A stretch of 32,000 nt of DNA from an uncultured Chloroflexia bacterium (GCA_963718915.1 CAVRAI010000015.1:750001-782000), one strand, 5' to 3'; positions 15,780-24,530 are shown, counted from the stretch's first letter. The notes: generated by a model from the letters alone, not told the origin. Translations and numbers: made by a program.

Positions 15780-17402
15780 TTATTCCGCCGTCCCCGATTC
15801 GGCCAGTTGCTCGCGCAGACGATAGCGCTGAATCTTACCCGTTGCCGTCTTTGGTAGCTCCGCGACGAACGAGATCCAGCGCGGATACTTGTGTGGCTGA
15901 AGCGTCGTCTTGACGTGCTGCTTGAGCATCTCCTTCATTGCCTCGGAAGGTGTTTGGTCCGGTTTGAGCACGACGAACGCATAAGGCTTCACCAGCCCAT
16001 CGTCGTCCTCGGCGCCCACGACCGCCGCCTCGAGTACGGCGGGGTAGGCCACCAGCGCCGCCTCGACCTCGACCGGCGAGACCCACTGGCCGCTCACCTT
16101 GAGCATGTCGTCCGACCGTCCGCCGTACCAGTAGTTTCCGCGCTCGTCCTGATAGTATTTGTCGCCAGTGGCGATCCAGCGTCCCGCAATCGTCGCTTTG
16201 GTGCGCTCATGCTTGTTCCAGTATTGCGAGCAGATGCTGTCGCCCGCGATCAGCAGGTTGCCAATCTCGCCCTGGGCGACCGGCTGGCCCTGTTCATCGA
16301 CAATCTGCGCCTCGTAGCCTGGCGCCACTCGGCCCGAACTGCCCGGCACAACCTGCCCGGCGACGTTCGAGATGAAAATGTGCAGAATCTCTGTGCTGCC
16401 GATGCCATCGAGGATCTCGACGCCGAACCGCTCCTTCCAGCGCGTGAACAGTTCGGCGGGTAACGACTCGCCCGCCGAGACACAGAGCCGCAGCGACGAC
16501 GTGTCGTACTTCTGCGCGGCGTCCGGCATCGCCAGCATGGCGGCGTAGAGCGTGGGCACGCCGAAGAAGATGGTGGGACGCTGCTCCGCGATCACCTGGA
16601 AGGCGGCATCCGGGGTGACACGGCCGGCAAAGTGGATGGCGCTCGCGCCCGCCGCCAGCGGAAAGTACAGCCCGTTGCCGAGGCCGTAGGCAAAGAAGAG
16701 CTTGGCGGCTGAAAAGGTGATGTCATCAGGTGTCAGATTGAGGATCGGTTTCGCGTAGTGTTCGACACAGTATTCCATGTCGTGCTGCAGATGCACGCAG
16801 CCTTTGGGGAATCCAGTGCTGCCGGAGCTATAGAGCCAGAAGGCGGCGTCGTCGCGGGTGGTTGGCGCGGTCGCCAGTGTCGCGGATGCGCCGGAGAGCA
16901 GTGCGGCAAAGTTCACGGTGTTGGGGTCAATGCCAGACCCCTCGTTGTCGCGATGCACCAGTATGATATGGCGAAGGAAAGGCATCTGGCGGCGCATGGG
17001 GGCGATCTGTTGCCACAGGTCAGTCTCCGCCACCAGCACATGCGCCCGGCAGTCGTTGATCAGATACAGGTAGTCTTGCGGACGCAGTTGCGTATTGAAA
17101 GGAACAGCCACCGCGCCGAGCCGTATCGCGCCAAAGAAGGTGGCGGCGAACTGGGGGGAATCGTAGAGCAGCAGGGCGACGCGCTGTTCCATCTCTACAC
17201 CCAGCGCCGCGAGGCCATTGCCCGCGCGATTCGCCTGTTCCGCCAGTTGGGCGTAGGTGAGTGCCTCCGTCTGGGTGCGGATAGCGATGCGGTCTCCCCA
17301 TCCCTGGGCAAGGGCGCTATCGAGAAAGACGGCAGTCGCGTTATACTGTTCTGGCAGGCTTTGAGCGGGGTTGCCCGCCGTGCTGGATGAAGCTTGCGCC
17401 AT
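15780..17402 (-). CDS. Benzoate-CoA ligase family protein (ANL superfamily acyl/aryl-CoA synthetase)
   Basis: FWLYSSGSTGFPKGCVH (AMP-binding motif), SAAKLFFAYGLGNGLYFPL, GVPTLYAAMLA, SAGESLP, DGIGSTEILHIFISN and KTATGKIQR are present. A GGGAGG SD lies 8 nt upstream of ATG 17402. Confidence 0.9.
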   Translation of the reverse strand: MAQASSSTAGNPAQSLPEQYNATAVFLDSALAQGWGDRIAIRTQTEALTYAQLAEQANRAGNGLAALGVEMEQRVALLLYDSPQFAATFFGAIRLGAVAVPFNTQLRPQDYLYLINDCRAHVLVAETDLWQQIAPMRRQMPFLRHIILVHRDNEGSGIDPNTVNFAALLSGASATLATAPTTRDDAAFWLYSSGSTGFPKGCVHLQHDMEYCVEHYAKPILNLTPDDITFSAAKLFFAYGLGNGLYFPLAAGASAIHFAGRVTPDAAFQVIAEQRPTIFFGVPTLYAAMLAMPDAAQKYDTSSLRLCVSAGESLPAELFTRWKERFGVEILDGIGSTEILHIFISNVAGQVVPGSSGRVAPGYEAQIVDEQGQPVAQGEIGNLLIAGDSICSQYWNKHERTKATIAGRWIATGDKYYQDERGNYWYGGRSDDMLKVSGQWVSPVEVEAALVAYPAVLEAAVVGAEDDDGLVKPYAFVVLKPDQTPSEAMKEMLKQHVKTTLQPHKYPRWISFVAELPKTATGKIQRYRLREQLAESGTAE

Positions 17403-17520
17403 GGCAATGACCTCCCAGGGGCATCCGGCGCGCCACTCCGCCGGGGAATATTCATGTGGCGGTTACATGCCAAGTATAGTCCGCTCACCGCACAGGGGTC
17501 AATCGGCGTGGCGGCGCGTG

Positions 17521-17556
17521 GCGTGTCCGGGCGCGTGTCCGGGCGCGTGCCCGAGG
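17521..17556 (+). repeat. 12-nt tandem repeat GCGTGTCCGGGC x2 plus one degenerate unit
   Basis: Units at 17521-17532 and 17533-17544 are identical; 17545-17556 (GCGTGCCCGAGG) is diverged. The repeat lies in the intergenic region between the CoA ligase and the KGG gene. Confidence 0.85.
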
Positions 17557-17614
17557 TGATGCATCTGTGGCTGCGGTGTTGGTGTGTGCGAATGGTACAG
17601 GTTGGCCCGGAAAA

Positions 17615-17623
17615 TGCTATTAT
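17615..17623 (+). promoter_or_regulatory. Candidate extended -10 promoter element TGCTATTAT
   Basis: TGn-TATTAT lies at 17615-17623, about 120 nt upstream of the KGG gene. There is only a weak -35 (GGTACA, 18-nt spacer). Confidence 0.3.
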
Positions 17624-17717
17624 CGTTCTACAGGGTTACAGGCATACAGTAAAGCAGGAGCGCGCGGTTGCCGCCGATTCCGACGAGCAGATGCAACGAC
17701 GAAGGCGGGCGCGCAAA

Positions 17718-17737
17718 CAGGAGGATACAGGAGGATA
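17718..17737 (+). repeat. 10-nt tandem duplication CAGGAGGATA x2 (duplicated Shine-Dalgarno)
   Basis: 17718-17727 is identical to 17728-17737. The second AGGAGGA lies 8 nt upstream of ATG 17744. Confidence 0.9.
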
Positions 17738-17743
17738 ATCGGT

Positions 17744-17950
17744 ATGTCAGAACGTGCTGCGACGGAACGACGTAAGGGCCGCGGTCGTGGATTCGCTTCG
17801 ATGGATCGCGAGAAGCAACGCGAGATCGCCAGCCGCGGCGGGCGTGCCGCCCACGAGCAGGGCACGGCCCACGAGTGGAGCAGTGACGAGGCGCGTGTCG
17901 CCGGGCGCAAAGGTGGTTCCACGAGCCATAGTTCCAAATCGGAGAGTTAG
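17744..17950 (+). CDS. KGG-repeat general stress protein (YciG/GsiB-like)
   Basis: The 68-aa product MSERAATERRKGRGRGFASMDREKQREIASRGGRAAHEQG..ARVAGRKGGSTSH contains the REIASRGG / AGRKGG repeats typical of the KGG stress-induced family. It has a strong SD and a downstream terminator. Confidence 0.8.
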   Translation: MSERAATERRKGRGRGFASMDREKQREIASRGGRAAHEQGTAHEWSSDEARVAGRKGGSTSHSSKSES

Positions 17951-18002
17951 CGCTGCGGCTTCGTCATCCGTGCGCTTGCGATGGTCCTCGATATATTCAG
18001 CA

Positions 18003-18037
18003 GCCCCGTCACGTTCCTCTGGATGACGGGGCTTTTT
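18003..18037 (+). terminator. Rho-independent terminator
   Basis: GCCCCGTCA (18003-18011) pairs perfectly with TGACGGGGC (18024-18032) across a 12-nt loop, followed by TTTTT (18033-18037). It lies 53 nt after the KGG stop. Confidence 0.75.
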
Positions 18038-18058
18038 GCATGATCGCCAGCGTTCCCG

Positions 18059-18595
18059 CTATTCGCCCGCGAGCACGCGCCGCGCCAGCCAGTCAAAGAT
18101 CCCCAGCGCCGCGAAGAGCGCCAGCGAGGCCAGCAACAGCGGGAGATGGGCCGCGCTCAGCCAGAACGGCGCGTCGAAGCGACCGCCCTGCGCATTGCTA
18201 CCGAGGCCGATGTAAGGCGTAAGCAGTGTCCCCGCGTGGGCGATCACGGCGATCCACCACGGCAGCGCCGCGAGCACGAGCGCCCTCCGCCAGGTGCGGC
18301 TGAATGCTCCAGTGAAGGTTGGCAACGTGAACATGGCGATACCAAAGAGCGCGGCAATCAGCGGCACATAGCGCTGCCCGCCTGACCCGCAGAGCGACGA
18401 GCAGCCATAGATGGTATTGAGGATGGGCGATGAGCTGGTTGTGAGGTAGAGCAGCACCGTCTGTACGGTGGCCAGCACAAACGGGACGATGCCGATGTTC
18501 GTTCGCACGCGCGCCAAGGATAACTGGTTGGCGGTCATAGCGTTGTTGTCTCCTTCCTGGCCATTCACCATTTCGGGCATATGCGTCGCCAGCAT
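18059..18595 (-). CDS. Hypothetical membrane protein (about 4-5 TM)
   Basis: A hydrophobic ORF immediately downstream of the 18600-19094 gene. An alternative start is ATG 18538 (MTANQLS..), with GGAAGGAG about 11 nt upstream. I recognise no family. Confidence 0.6.
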   Translation of the reverse strand: MLATHMPEMVNGQEGDNNAMTANQLSLARVRTNIGIVPFVLATVQTVLLYLTTSSSPILNTIYGCSSLCGSGGQRYVPLIAALFGIAMFTLPTFTGAFSRTWRRALVLAALPWWIAVIAHAGTLLTPYIGLGSNAQGGRFDAPFWLSAAHLPLLLASLALFAALGIFDWLARRVLAGE

Positions 18596-18599
18596 TGCG

Positions 18600-19094
18600 C
18601 TACTTTATCTGACTACGCTCGATCTCTAACGCGACATCATGCCCCTGAGAACTCACATGCCGATTACGCAGGCTGTAAATGAACACAACCACAGCCAGGA
18701 TGATCGCTGGCAGTATATGATTGCACAATTCGACAAATGTATATACGGGGATATTCAGGTTGAAGCTGGCGGCGTCAGCGATATAGGTTTCTGATTGCGC
18801 CACCCCGGTCAGCAAGAGCGGACTATAGGCGAAGAGCGCCAGCAAGAGCACGAATGCGATTGACCAGTGCCGGGTGCCGCGTTGCGCCGCGCTGATGGCA
18901 GCCAGAATTCCCATGACAAACGTGAGTGTCGTTCCGGTGATTGTGAGCGCCTGGGTAGTCAGGATGTTGGCAGCCAACCCTCGGAATTCGTTAAAGAGAA
19001 TAAGGTAAACAATGAGCACGGGAACGGTGAAAACCGCTGCACACATCTCGATAATCACCACCGCAATAGCCAGCGGGCGCAGATATCGCTCCAT
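18600..19094 (-). CDS. Hypothetical membrane protein (about 4 TM), lower-GC gene
   Basis: ATG 19094 has an AAAGGTGG SD 4 nt upstream. There are four long hydrophobic segments. A hand count of 18601-18780 gives 87/180 G+C (48%), well below the neighbouring genes. Confidence 0.65.
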   Translation of the reverse strand: MERYLRPLAIAVVIIEMCAAVFTVPVLIVYLILFNEFRGLAANILTTQALTITGTTLTFVMGILAAISAAQRGTRHWSIAFVLLLALFAYSPLLLTGVAQSETYIADAASFNLNIPVYTFVELCNHILPAIILAVVVFIYSLRNRHVSSQGHDVALEIERSQIK

Positions 19095-19142
19095 GGAGCC
19101 ACCTTTCTGGTACTTGACATGGCCATGATGCTGGCTACGGCG

Positions 19143-19871
19143 TTAGTTGGGTGCATGATCGCCAGTTGCTTTCGTGTCGCAGCCGGTATAGACCTGAGCG
19201 CTACGTGCCACGCGCAGTAATACATCCGTGTTTGTCCCATCCCACGCGGCGACATCATCACCGTCTCCAATGGAGAACAGGTAACGCCCGCTGGCGACCG
19301 CTGTGACGCGCACCCACAGCGCCCCGGCCTGCCATTGCACGCCAATCACCCGCGTCTCGTTCGCAGCGTTGGTTGCGCCTGAACTGTGTAGCTCAAAGCG
19401 CGTTGCTGTCCGCCCATTGATATCCGCCGACGATTTCGATGTGACAGCGAGGGTTTGGCCAGGAACCCTGATATTGGTGGTGAAGCTGAGCGGTTGTGTG
19501 GTTTCATCGAAGGCAATTACCGCATGTGGAGCGTACGCATTGTAAGGGCGGGGAAAGTTATAGCTATACTCGATGCGCATCCACGGCAGCGGATGGATCG
19601 CGGACGGATCGGACGAGTAGGGTTGGGCGTTATACCAGTACACAGTATCCGGGATCCACGTCGCGACATAGGGCGAAAAGCCGAGTTGAGCGGCGGCGTC
19701 ACTCGGTATGCCCTCGCCTGGGAGAGCTGGTGTCTGACATGGCGGAATCACCACGCGACAGACGTCTATGGGACATTGAGTGGGTGGCGCCTCTGCGTGC
19801 GTGCATCCAGGAATAGCCAGTGAGCAGAAGAGAAGTGCGAGTATTGGGATACGCTTATACCGTAATCGCAT
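19143..19871 (-). CDS. Hypothetical lipoprotein
   Basis: The N-terminus is MRLRYKRIPILALLFCSLAIPGCTHAE: basic residues, a hydrophobic core and the lipobox IPGC. The mature part is Cys/Pro-rich at its start. I recognise no family. Confidence 0.65.
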   Translation of the reverse strand: MRLRYKRIPILALLFCSLAIPGCTHAEAPPTQCPIDVCRVVIPPCQTPALPGEGIPSDAAAQLGFSPYVATWIPDTVYWYNAQPYSSDPSAIHPLPWMRIEYSYNFPRPYNAYAPHAVIAFDETTQPLSFTTNIRVPGQTLAVTSKSSADINGRTATRFELHSSGATNAANETRVIGVQWQAGALWVRVTAVASGRYLFSIGDGDDVAAWDGTNTDVLLRVARSAQVYTGCDTKATGDHAPN

Positions 19872-20000
19872 GCGCTACACCCCGCCTTTTTCACTCACCA
19901 CTGCGCTTCACTGGTGGGCAGAGTGTACATGCATTCCCACGCGTTGTCTACAGGCAATGAGGTGTTGCGTGTCAACGTTCGCGCAAGACGATGGTGCGGC

Positions 20001-21179
20001 CTACCGCGTGAGCAATCGCTGACTACCGCCACCCAGCACGCCCGCGACCGCCGGAGCGAAGTCGCTATCGAGCGCCGCCACCGCGCGCAGCAGCCCAAAG
20101 CAGCCCGCCAGCATCATATCACCGTGCGGCGTCGCTTCATAGGGGGCGAGCGTTGAGCCGCGTAGCAACTCGCGGCGGGGACCGGTGACGGCCAGGAAGG
20201 GCGTTTCGCCCGTTGCGGGGGTGTGTGACGCGAGCGTGAGCGCGCCGTGGCCGCTGTCGTCGAAGATGCGCTCGTTGGTCAGTGTGCCTGCCGCTAGCTC
20301 GCGCAGGTAGCCCTCCAGCTTGGCGCGGTCGAGCATGCCAGTGTGATGCTCGAAGAGAGCGAGGATGTGTCCATCGCGCAGATGGAACGCCAGCGTATGG
20401 AAGTTGCCAATGTTGGCGACCAGACATTCCTCGTGGCCGCGCACCACTTGGTCTTCCAGCGCGCCCGCCAGCGCCGCCGCGCCGGTATCCATCACGAAGA
20501 CCGGAGTATTACCATCACCATAGAGCGCGGCATCTGTTGCCACCGCCGCCAGCCGGGTGAGGTCGATGGGCAGGTCTTCGGCGCGGTAGGCGAAAGCCAG
20601 CGCATCGGGACGCTCGCGGACGCGCTCGGTGATGGCGTCGAAGCGGAAGCGGCGGTCGCTCACGCCGGGCGGCGCGGCGCCATGATCGAAGGCGGCGACG
20701 GCCACCGCGTCCACCGCCGGGTCCACGCCGAACGCAGTGAGCGCCGTGTAGATGGCTGCGCCATCGAAGTCGCGCATCGCCACCTCAACCAGTCTCGTGC
20801 CCTCTCGTTCGCGGATACGTATCGCCTCGGCGGCGTCTACGACGATTAGCCCTTCGCGTTCGACCATGGTCAGGTCATCGTCAAGTGTGCGAGCGGCGTC
20901 GGGTGTGGCATAGCAGGCGAATCCCGCCTGGGCGTGGTCGCGCGCTGCCCATCCACAGGGACCACCACCCATCGTCCGGCCAGTCAGCAGCACAGGCCGT
21001 CCCTCAGCCGTCGCGCGGTGGATGCGCTCGGCGACGATGACTGTGGGCGAGGGCATCACCATCTGAAAGCAGTTCTCGATGGTGCGGTCGCTCTCGAAGA
21101 GCAGAATATCCTGCGTGCCGGTGCCAACGTCTACCGCCAGCACACGCTTGCGCTTACCCCAGCCCGCAACGGGCGCCAC
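20001..21179 (-). CDS. ASKHA-fold (actin-like ATPase) protein, DUF1786-like
   Basis: Motifs present: VLAVDVGTGTQDILLF (phosphate-1 DxGxGxxD), VFVMDTGAAA (phosphate-2-like), ANIGNFHTLAF and EHHTGML. The DUF1786 assignment is from memory of that family. The GTG start lies 2 nt after the NYN gene stop. Confidence 0.65.
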   Translation of the reverse strand: MAPVAGWGKRKRVLAVDVGTGTQDILLFESDRTIENCFQMVMPSPTVIVAERIHRATAEGRPVLLTGRTMGGGPCGWAARDHAQAGFACYATPDAARTLDDDLTMVEREGLIVVDAAEAIRIREREGTRLVEVAMRDFDGAAIYTALTAFGVDPAVDAVAVAAFDHGAAPPGVSDRRFRFDAITERVRERPDALAFAYRAEDLPIDLTRLAAVATDAALYGDGNTPVFVMDTGAAALAGALEDQVVRGHEECLVANIGNFHTLAFHLRDGHILALFEHHTGMLDRAKLEGYLRELAAGTLTNERIFDDSGHGALTLASHTPATGETPFLAVTGPRRELLRGSTLAPYEATPHGDMMLAGCFGLLRAVAALDSDFAPAVAGVLGGGSQRLLTR

Positions 21180-21181
21180 GG

Positions 21182-22420
21182 CTAGTGCCCGACCGCGTCG
21201 CCCAGGCCCCCCACGACGACGGGATGATCCCGGTTCAGGCGCAGATTCTCGCCGTTGATGGGATCAGAGGTCTGCATCAGGATGCCATCATCCACACAGA
21301 TGCGCAGCAGTTCGCGGGCAGAGTCGCGTGTCAGCCGACCACGGAAGCGGTTCTTCGGGTTATAGGGATCGCCGATGAAGTTGGCGACTCCGCTGACGGT
21401 GCGCCACGACCAGTGGCGGTCAATATAGTCGAGGAACTGGATGAAGCCTTGCTCGTCCGGCATGACCGGGCCGCTGGGCATCGTGAACGCTGGACCGTAG
21501 CTCGCCGAGTGCGGCACGACGCCGCGATGGTTCGATGTCTGCGGCGAGAAGACCGCTCCGCCCGCGCCAAGTGGCAGGAACTGATCGGCGGCGGACATCA
21601 GATCGCGGCTGACCGTGCCGGGGATGCCGACGACAATCACCCGTTTGTTGAGCCGCAGCTTGAGCCGGGCGCAGATGCGTGTGAAGTCGCGGTCGCCGCT
21701 CATGAGAATGAAGGTGTTGATGGAGGGCCGGTCGAATACCGTCTCGATCATATCCATCAGCATGTTCAGGTCAACGGTGCTCTGGGTTATGATCTGTTGC
21801 TGTGGCTGATAGAAGTTGCCACCATTGCCATTGCCGTTGCCGTTGCCGTTGCCGTTGCTGTAGTTGTAGCCGGGATCGAGGCGCTCGCGCTGGTCGTCGC
21901 CTTCCATCTCGCCGTCGTCCATCTCGCCATCGTCTATGTCATCATCGGATTCGCCGTCCTGTTGCAGGGACATCTCTTGCTCGTCCTGGGGTGTCTCTTC
22001 GTCGGCGTACTCCGCGTCATCTTCAGTGGACGCCATCGGCTCATCACGATAGATGTCCATCGGCTGCTCGTGATTCACCTCGTCGCCTTCGTCGTCGGCG
22101 TAGCTCTCATCATCAGCTTGATGGGTATCGCGCCGGTCGTAATAGCTGCCCTGGGGATTGTAGGGAGCGCCGTTGTTCTGGCGGAACCGCTCGCGAACCT
22201 TCGCCGGGCAATCCACACGATCGATCATTGCCGCCATCAGGCTGCCCTTGAAAAATTCTGGCTGGCGCGTCCAGTCAGCGTAGGCGCGAGCCACCATAAT
22301 CGTGCCGAATCGCCGGGCAATGCCGATCAGTTCCTGCGGATCAGGCTCGCGATGCTGCACATTGATCATGCTGTACCGAATGTTCTCGAAGTCGATAAAC
22401 AAAGCTATTTCGTCGTTCAC
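21182..22420 (-). CDS. NYN (LabA/DUF88-like) domain protein with a large acidic low-complexity insert and a C-terminal OST-HTH/LOTUS-like region
   Basis: The first half of the NYN domain is IALFIDFENIRYS..MVARAYADW and the second half is STVDLNMLMDMIE..FILMSGDRDFTRICARLK..RVIVVGIPG. They are separated by about 160 aa rich in D/E and then SNGNGNGNGNGNGGNFYQPQQQ. I chose GTG 22420 (AGGAG 7 nt upstream); the maximal ORF starts at 22474. Confidence 0.8.
   Translation of the reverse strand: MNDEIALFIDFENIRYSMINVQHREPDPQELIGIARRFGTIMVARAYADWTRQPEFFKGSLMAAMIDRVDCPAKVRERFRQNNGAPYNPQGSYYDRRDTHQADDESYADDEGDEVNHEQPMDIYRDEPMASTEDDAEYADEETPQDEQEMSLQQDGESDDDIDDGEMDDGEMEGDDQRERLDPGYNYSNGNGNGNGNGNGGNFYQPQQQIITQSTVDLNMLMDMIETVFDRPSINTFILMSGDRDFTRICARLKLRLNKRVIVVGIPGTVSRDLMSAADQFLPLGAGGAVFSPQTSNHRGVVPHSASYGPAFTMPSGPVMPDEQGFIQFLDYIDRHWSWRTVSGVANFIGDPYNPKNRFRGRLTRDSARELLRICVDDGILMQTSDPINGENLRLNRDHPVVVGGLGDAVGH
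21824..21859 (-). repeat. Hexanucleotide microsatellite (GGCAAY)6 encoding (NG)n inside the NYN gene
   Basis: The plus strand reads ATTGCC ATTGCC GTTGCC GTTGCC GTTGCC GTTGCT. The repeat is in frame on the minus strand (SNGNGNGNGNGN). Confidence 0.9.
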
Positions 22421-22713
22421 AGCAGTACTCCTGCTCTTAGCGAGACAATTGGCGCTACAGCCATACGCAGGCATACGATGACTTCAGGTAGACACACAAC
22501 CTCGGAGAAACCAACCCCCCACACCACGACGTAACCAGAAGCGACAGGTCGAAACTCCAATGTTTTGCGCGCGAACTTCCCCAGAAAGTGCTTCATTGCC
22601 CGTGCATGACATCGCGTAAAAACACATAATAGAGATACACTGGTGAGCATATCACATGCTTTTGAGCACGTCCAATGTGGTTCCCATGAAGTGCGAATCG
22701 CGTTGAGGACGGT

Positions 22714-23562
22714 CTAGAGGACGCTGGCCCACCGCGCGATAGCCTGCGCCACATCTGCCTCGTGCTCGCGGTAAAAATGGTCGGCCCCCACAATGATCTC
22801 GGTGGTCACATGGGGCGCTGTAGTCGCTTTCTCACGAATGGTCGCCAGTTCCGTCGCCGCATTGCGCTCGTCCCCACCGAATGTGGCGAACAGCGGAACG
22901 CGGACAGCCGCTATGATCGGCGTGCCGCTTTCGGCGCTGAGCAGCCGATCCGCCGTCTCGGCATGGCTGACGACGGTCAGCGCACTCTGGCGATACCAGG
23001 GCGCCCAGGGCTGCGCGGGAATAACCTCCATGCCACGCCCCTCCGCGACTAGCGCGCGAGCGGCCTCCAGGTCTCCGGGGATGCGCAATCCATGCAGATC
23101 GGGCGAGATCAGCGCGACACCGCTCAATGGGGATGCGGGTCTTTCCGCCGCATAGAGCAGCGCCTTCTGTGCGCCTTTGCTGTGTCCCGCCAACAGGACC
23201 GCGCCTGTTGCTCTCGTCGCGGCGAAATCTACCCATGCCGCCAGATCGTGTGGCGCGTCCTCCATCCGCTCCCAGCCGCTGCCACCGCCGCCAGCCATTG
23301 GCGAGTTATCGTCCGATTTCCAGAGCACCGTCGCGATGTCATGTCCTCGTGTGTTGCCCAGCACGACGGTATATCCGAGCCGCGCCAGTGCGCGGCCAAT
23401 CAGCACGTATGGTCGATCATAGAACCTGGCTGCATTCCCATGAATCCAGACAATCGTGGCTTGACGAGTGGTGTCTTCAGCCGGGAAGATCACCAGGCCC
23501 GCGAGCTGGACATTATCCTCGGTTGCGACATAGACGATTTCTTCAGGAGTGATCGTCGCCAT
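22714..23562 (-). CDS. Alpha/beta fold hydrolase
   Basis: IVWIHGNAARFYD (oxyanion region) and the nucleophile elbow LLAGHSKGAQ (GxSxG) are present, with a C-terminal GADHFY catalytic His candidate. A GGGAGA SD lies 8 nt upstream. The gene starts 21 nt downstream of the regulator gene. Confidence 0.85.
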   Translation of the reverse strand: MATITPEEIVYVATEDNVQLAGLVIFPAEDTTRQATIVWIHGNAARFYDRPYVLIGRALARLGYTVVLGNTRGHDIATVLWKSDDNSPMAGGGGSGWERMEDAPHDLAAWVDFAATRATGAVLLAGHSKGAQKALLYAAERPASPLSGVALISPDLHGLRIPGDLEAARALVAEGRGMEVIPAQPWAPWYRQSALTVVSHAETADRLLSAESGTPIIAAVRVPLFATFGGDERNAATELATIREKATTAPHVTTEIIVGADHFYREHEADVAQAIARWASVL

Positions 23563-23583
23563 ACGCGGTGTCTCCCTGGCTAT

Positions 23584-24435
23584 CTATGACTTACGGCTTA
23601 GCAGCACAGCCGCGGTCTCGGCATTGGCGGGATAGAACGACTCGATGGATAGCTCGGCTGCGGTGATATCGAGCGCGGTTCCGAAGGTGGCGACTGTGCT
23701 GAAGAAAGACAGTGCCTGCCCTGCGTGGTTTATCCGCAGCGGAGCGAATATCTCTCCGGAACCTGGAAGCTCGATCTCTGGTTCAGGCTGGTCGCAGGGA
23801 TACGCCGCCAACTCGTCGTAGAGTGTGGCGAGCGCAGGATCAGCGGTTCGCGCAATCTGGCGGCGCAAGCGGCCCAGCAGGTGGGCGCGCCACTCGCCCA
23901 GGTTGATGATACGCGGGGCGAGGCCGTTGGGGTGCAGGGCAATCCGCATGCAGTTGGCCACTGGCGTCAGCAGGTCTGGCGCCGCGCCCTCGGTAAAAAT
24001 GGCGATGCTGGCATTGGCGTCGACGATATTCCAGATCCGATCCACGACGATGGCGGGATAGGGTTCATGTCCTGTGAGCACCTGATGTATCGCTGCGCGC
24101 ATCGCCGCCATTTGTGGCGATGCCAGCGGAGTCTCGGCATATGCGGGCGCGTAACCCGCTGCCAGCAGCAAATGATTCCGCTCGCGTAGCGGCACATCGA
24201 GCTGCGCAGCCAGGTGAAGGATCATCTCGCGGCTCGGCTGGGAGCGCCCAGTTTCGACGAAGCTGAGATGTCGGGCGGAAACACCAGCCTGAAGCGAGAA
24301 TTCCAGCTGGCTGAGCCGCCGACTCTCGCGCCATTCGCGCAACAGGTCGCCCACCGTTCGCAGTGACGGACGTATCGCGCCATCCACCTGTTCCCCGCGC
24401 TGGCTGCTATGCGCTGAATCTACGGCGCCCTGCAC
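23584..24435 (-). CDS. MmyB-like XRE-family helix-turn-helix transcriptional regulator
   Basis: VGDLLREWRESRRLSQLEFSLQAGVSARHLSFVETGRSQPSREMILHLAAQLDVPLRERNHLLLAAGYAP is the typical MmyB-family HTH plus linker, followed by a C-terminal ligand-binding-type domain. I chose GTG 24435 (AGGAGG 6 nt upstream); the maximal ORF starts at 24465. Confidence 0.85.
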   Translation of the reverse strand: MQGAVDSAHSSQRGEQVDGAIRPSLRTVGDLLREWRESRRLSQLEFSLQAGVSARHLSFVETGRSQPSREMILHLAAQLDVPLRERNHLLLAAGYAPAYAETPLASPQMAAMRAAIHQVLTGHEPYPAIVVDRIWNIVDANASIAIFTEGAAPDLLTPVANCMRIALHPNGLAPRIINLGEWRAHLLGRLRRQIARTADPALATLYDELAAYPCDQPEPEIELPGSGEIFAPLRINHAGQALSFFSTVATFGTALDITAAELSIESFYPANAETAAVLLSRKS

Positions 24436-24530
24436 GCTGTCCCTCCTCGTATGATGCGCTGCCACTCATGCCACAAAGTTCATCGCTACCCGATACCGGC
24501 TCCCATCATCGCATGCCCGATGGCGGGTCG

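Noticed and set aside
21185-22534. A 449-aa plus-strand ORF, plus many other long ORFs antisense to or overlapping called genes (for example 3852-4643, 12333-12965, 14543-15163, 16758-17390, 28244-28930).
   Set aside because: They lie antisense or out of frame to ORFs with clear family motifs. Their products are Arg/Ala/Pro/His-rich with no motifs. Such open antisense frames are the expected artefact of high-GC DNA.
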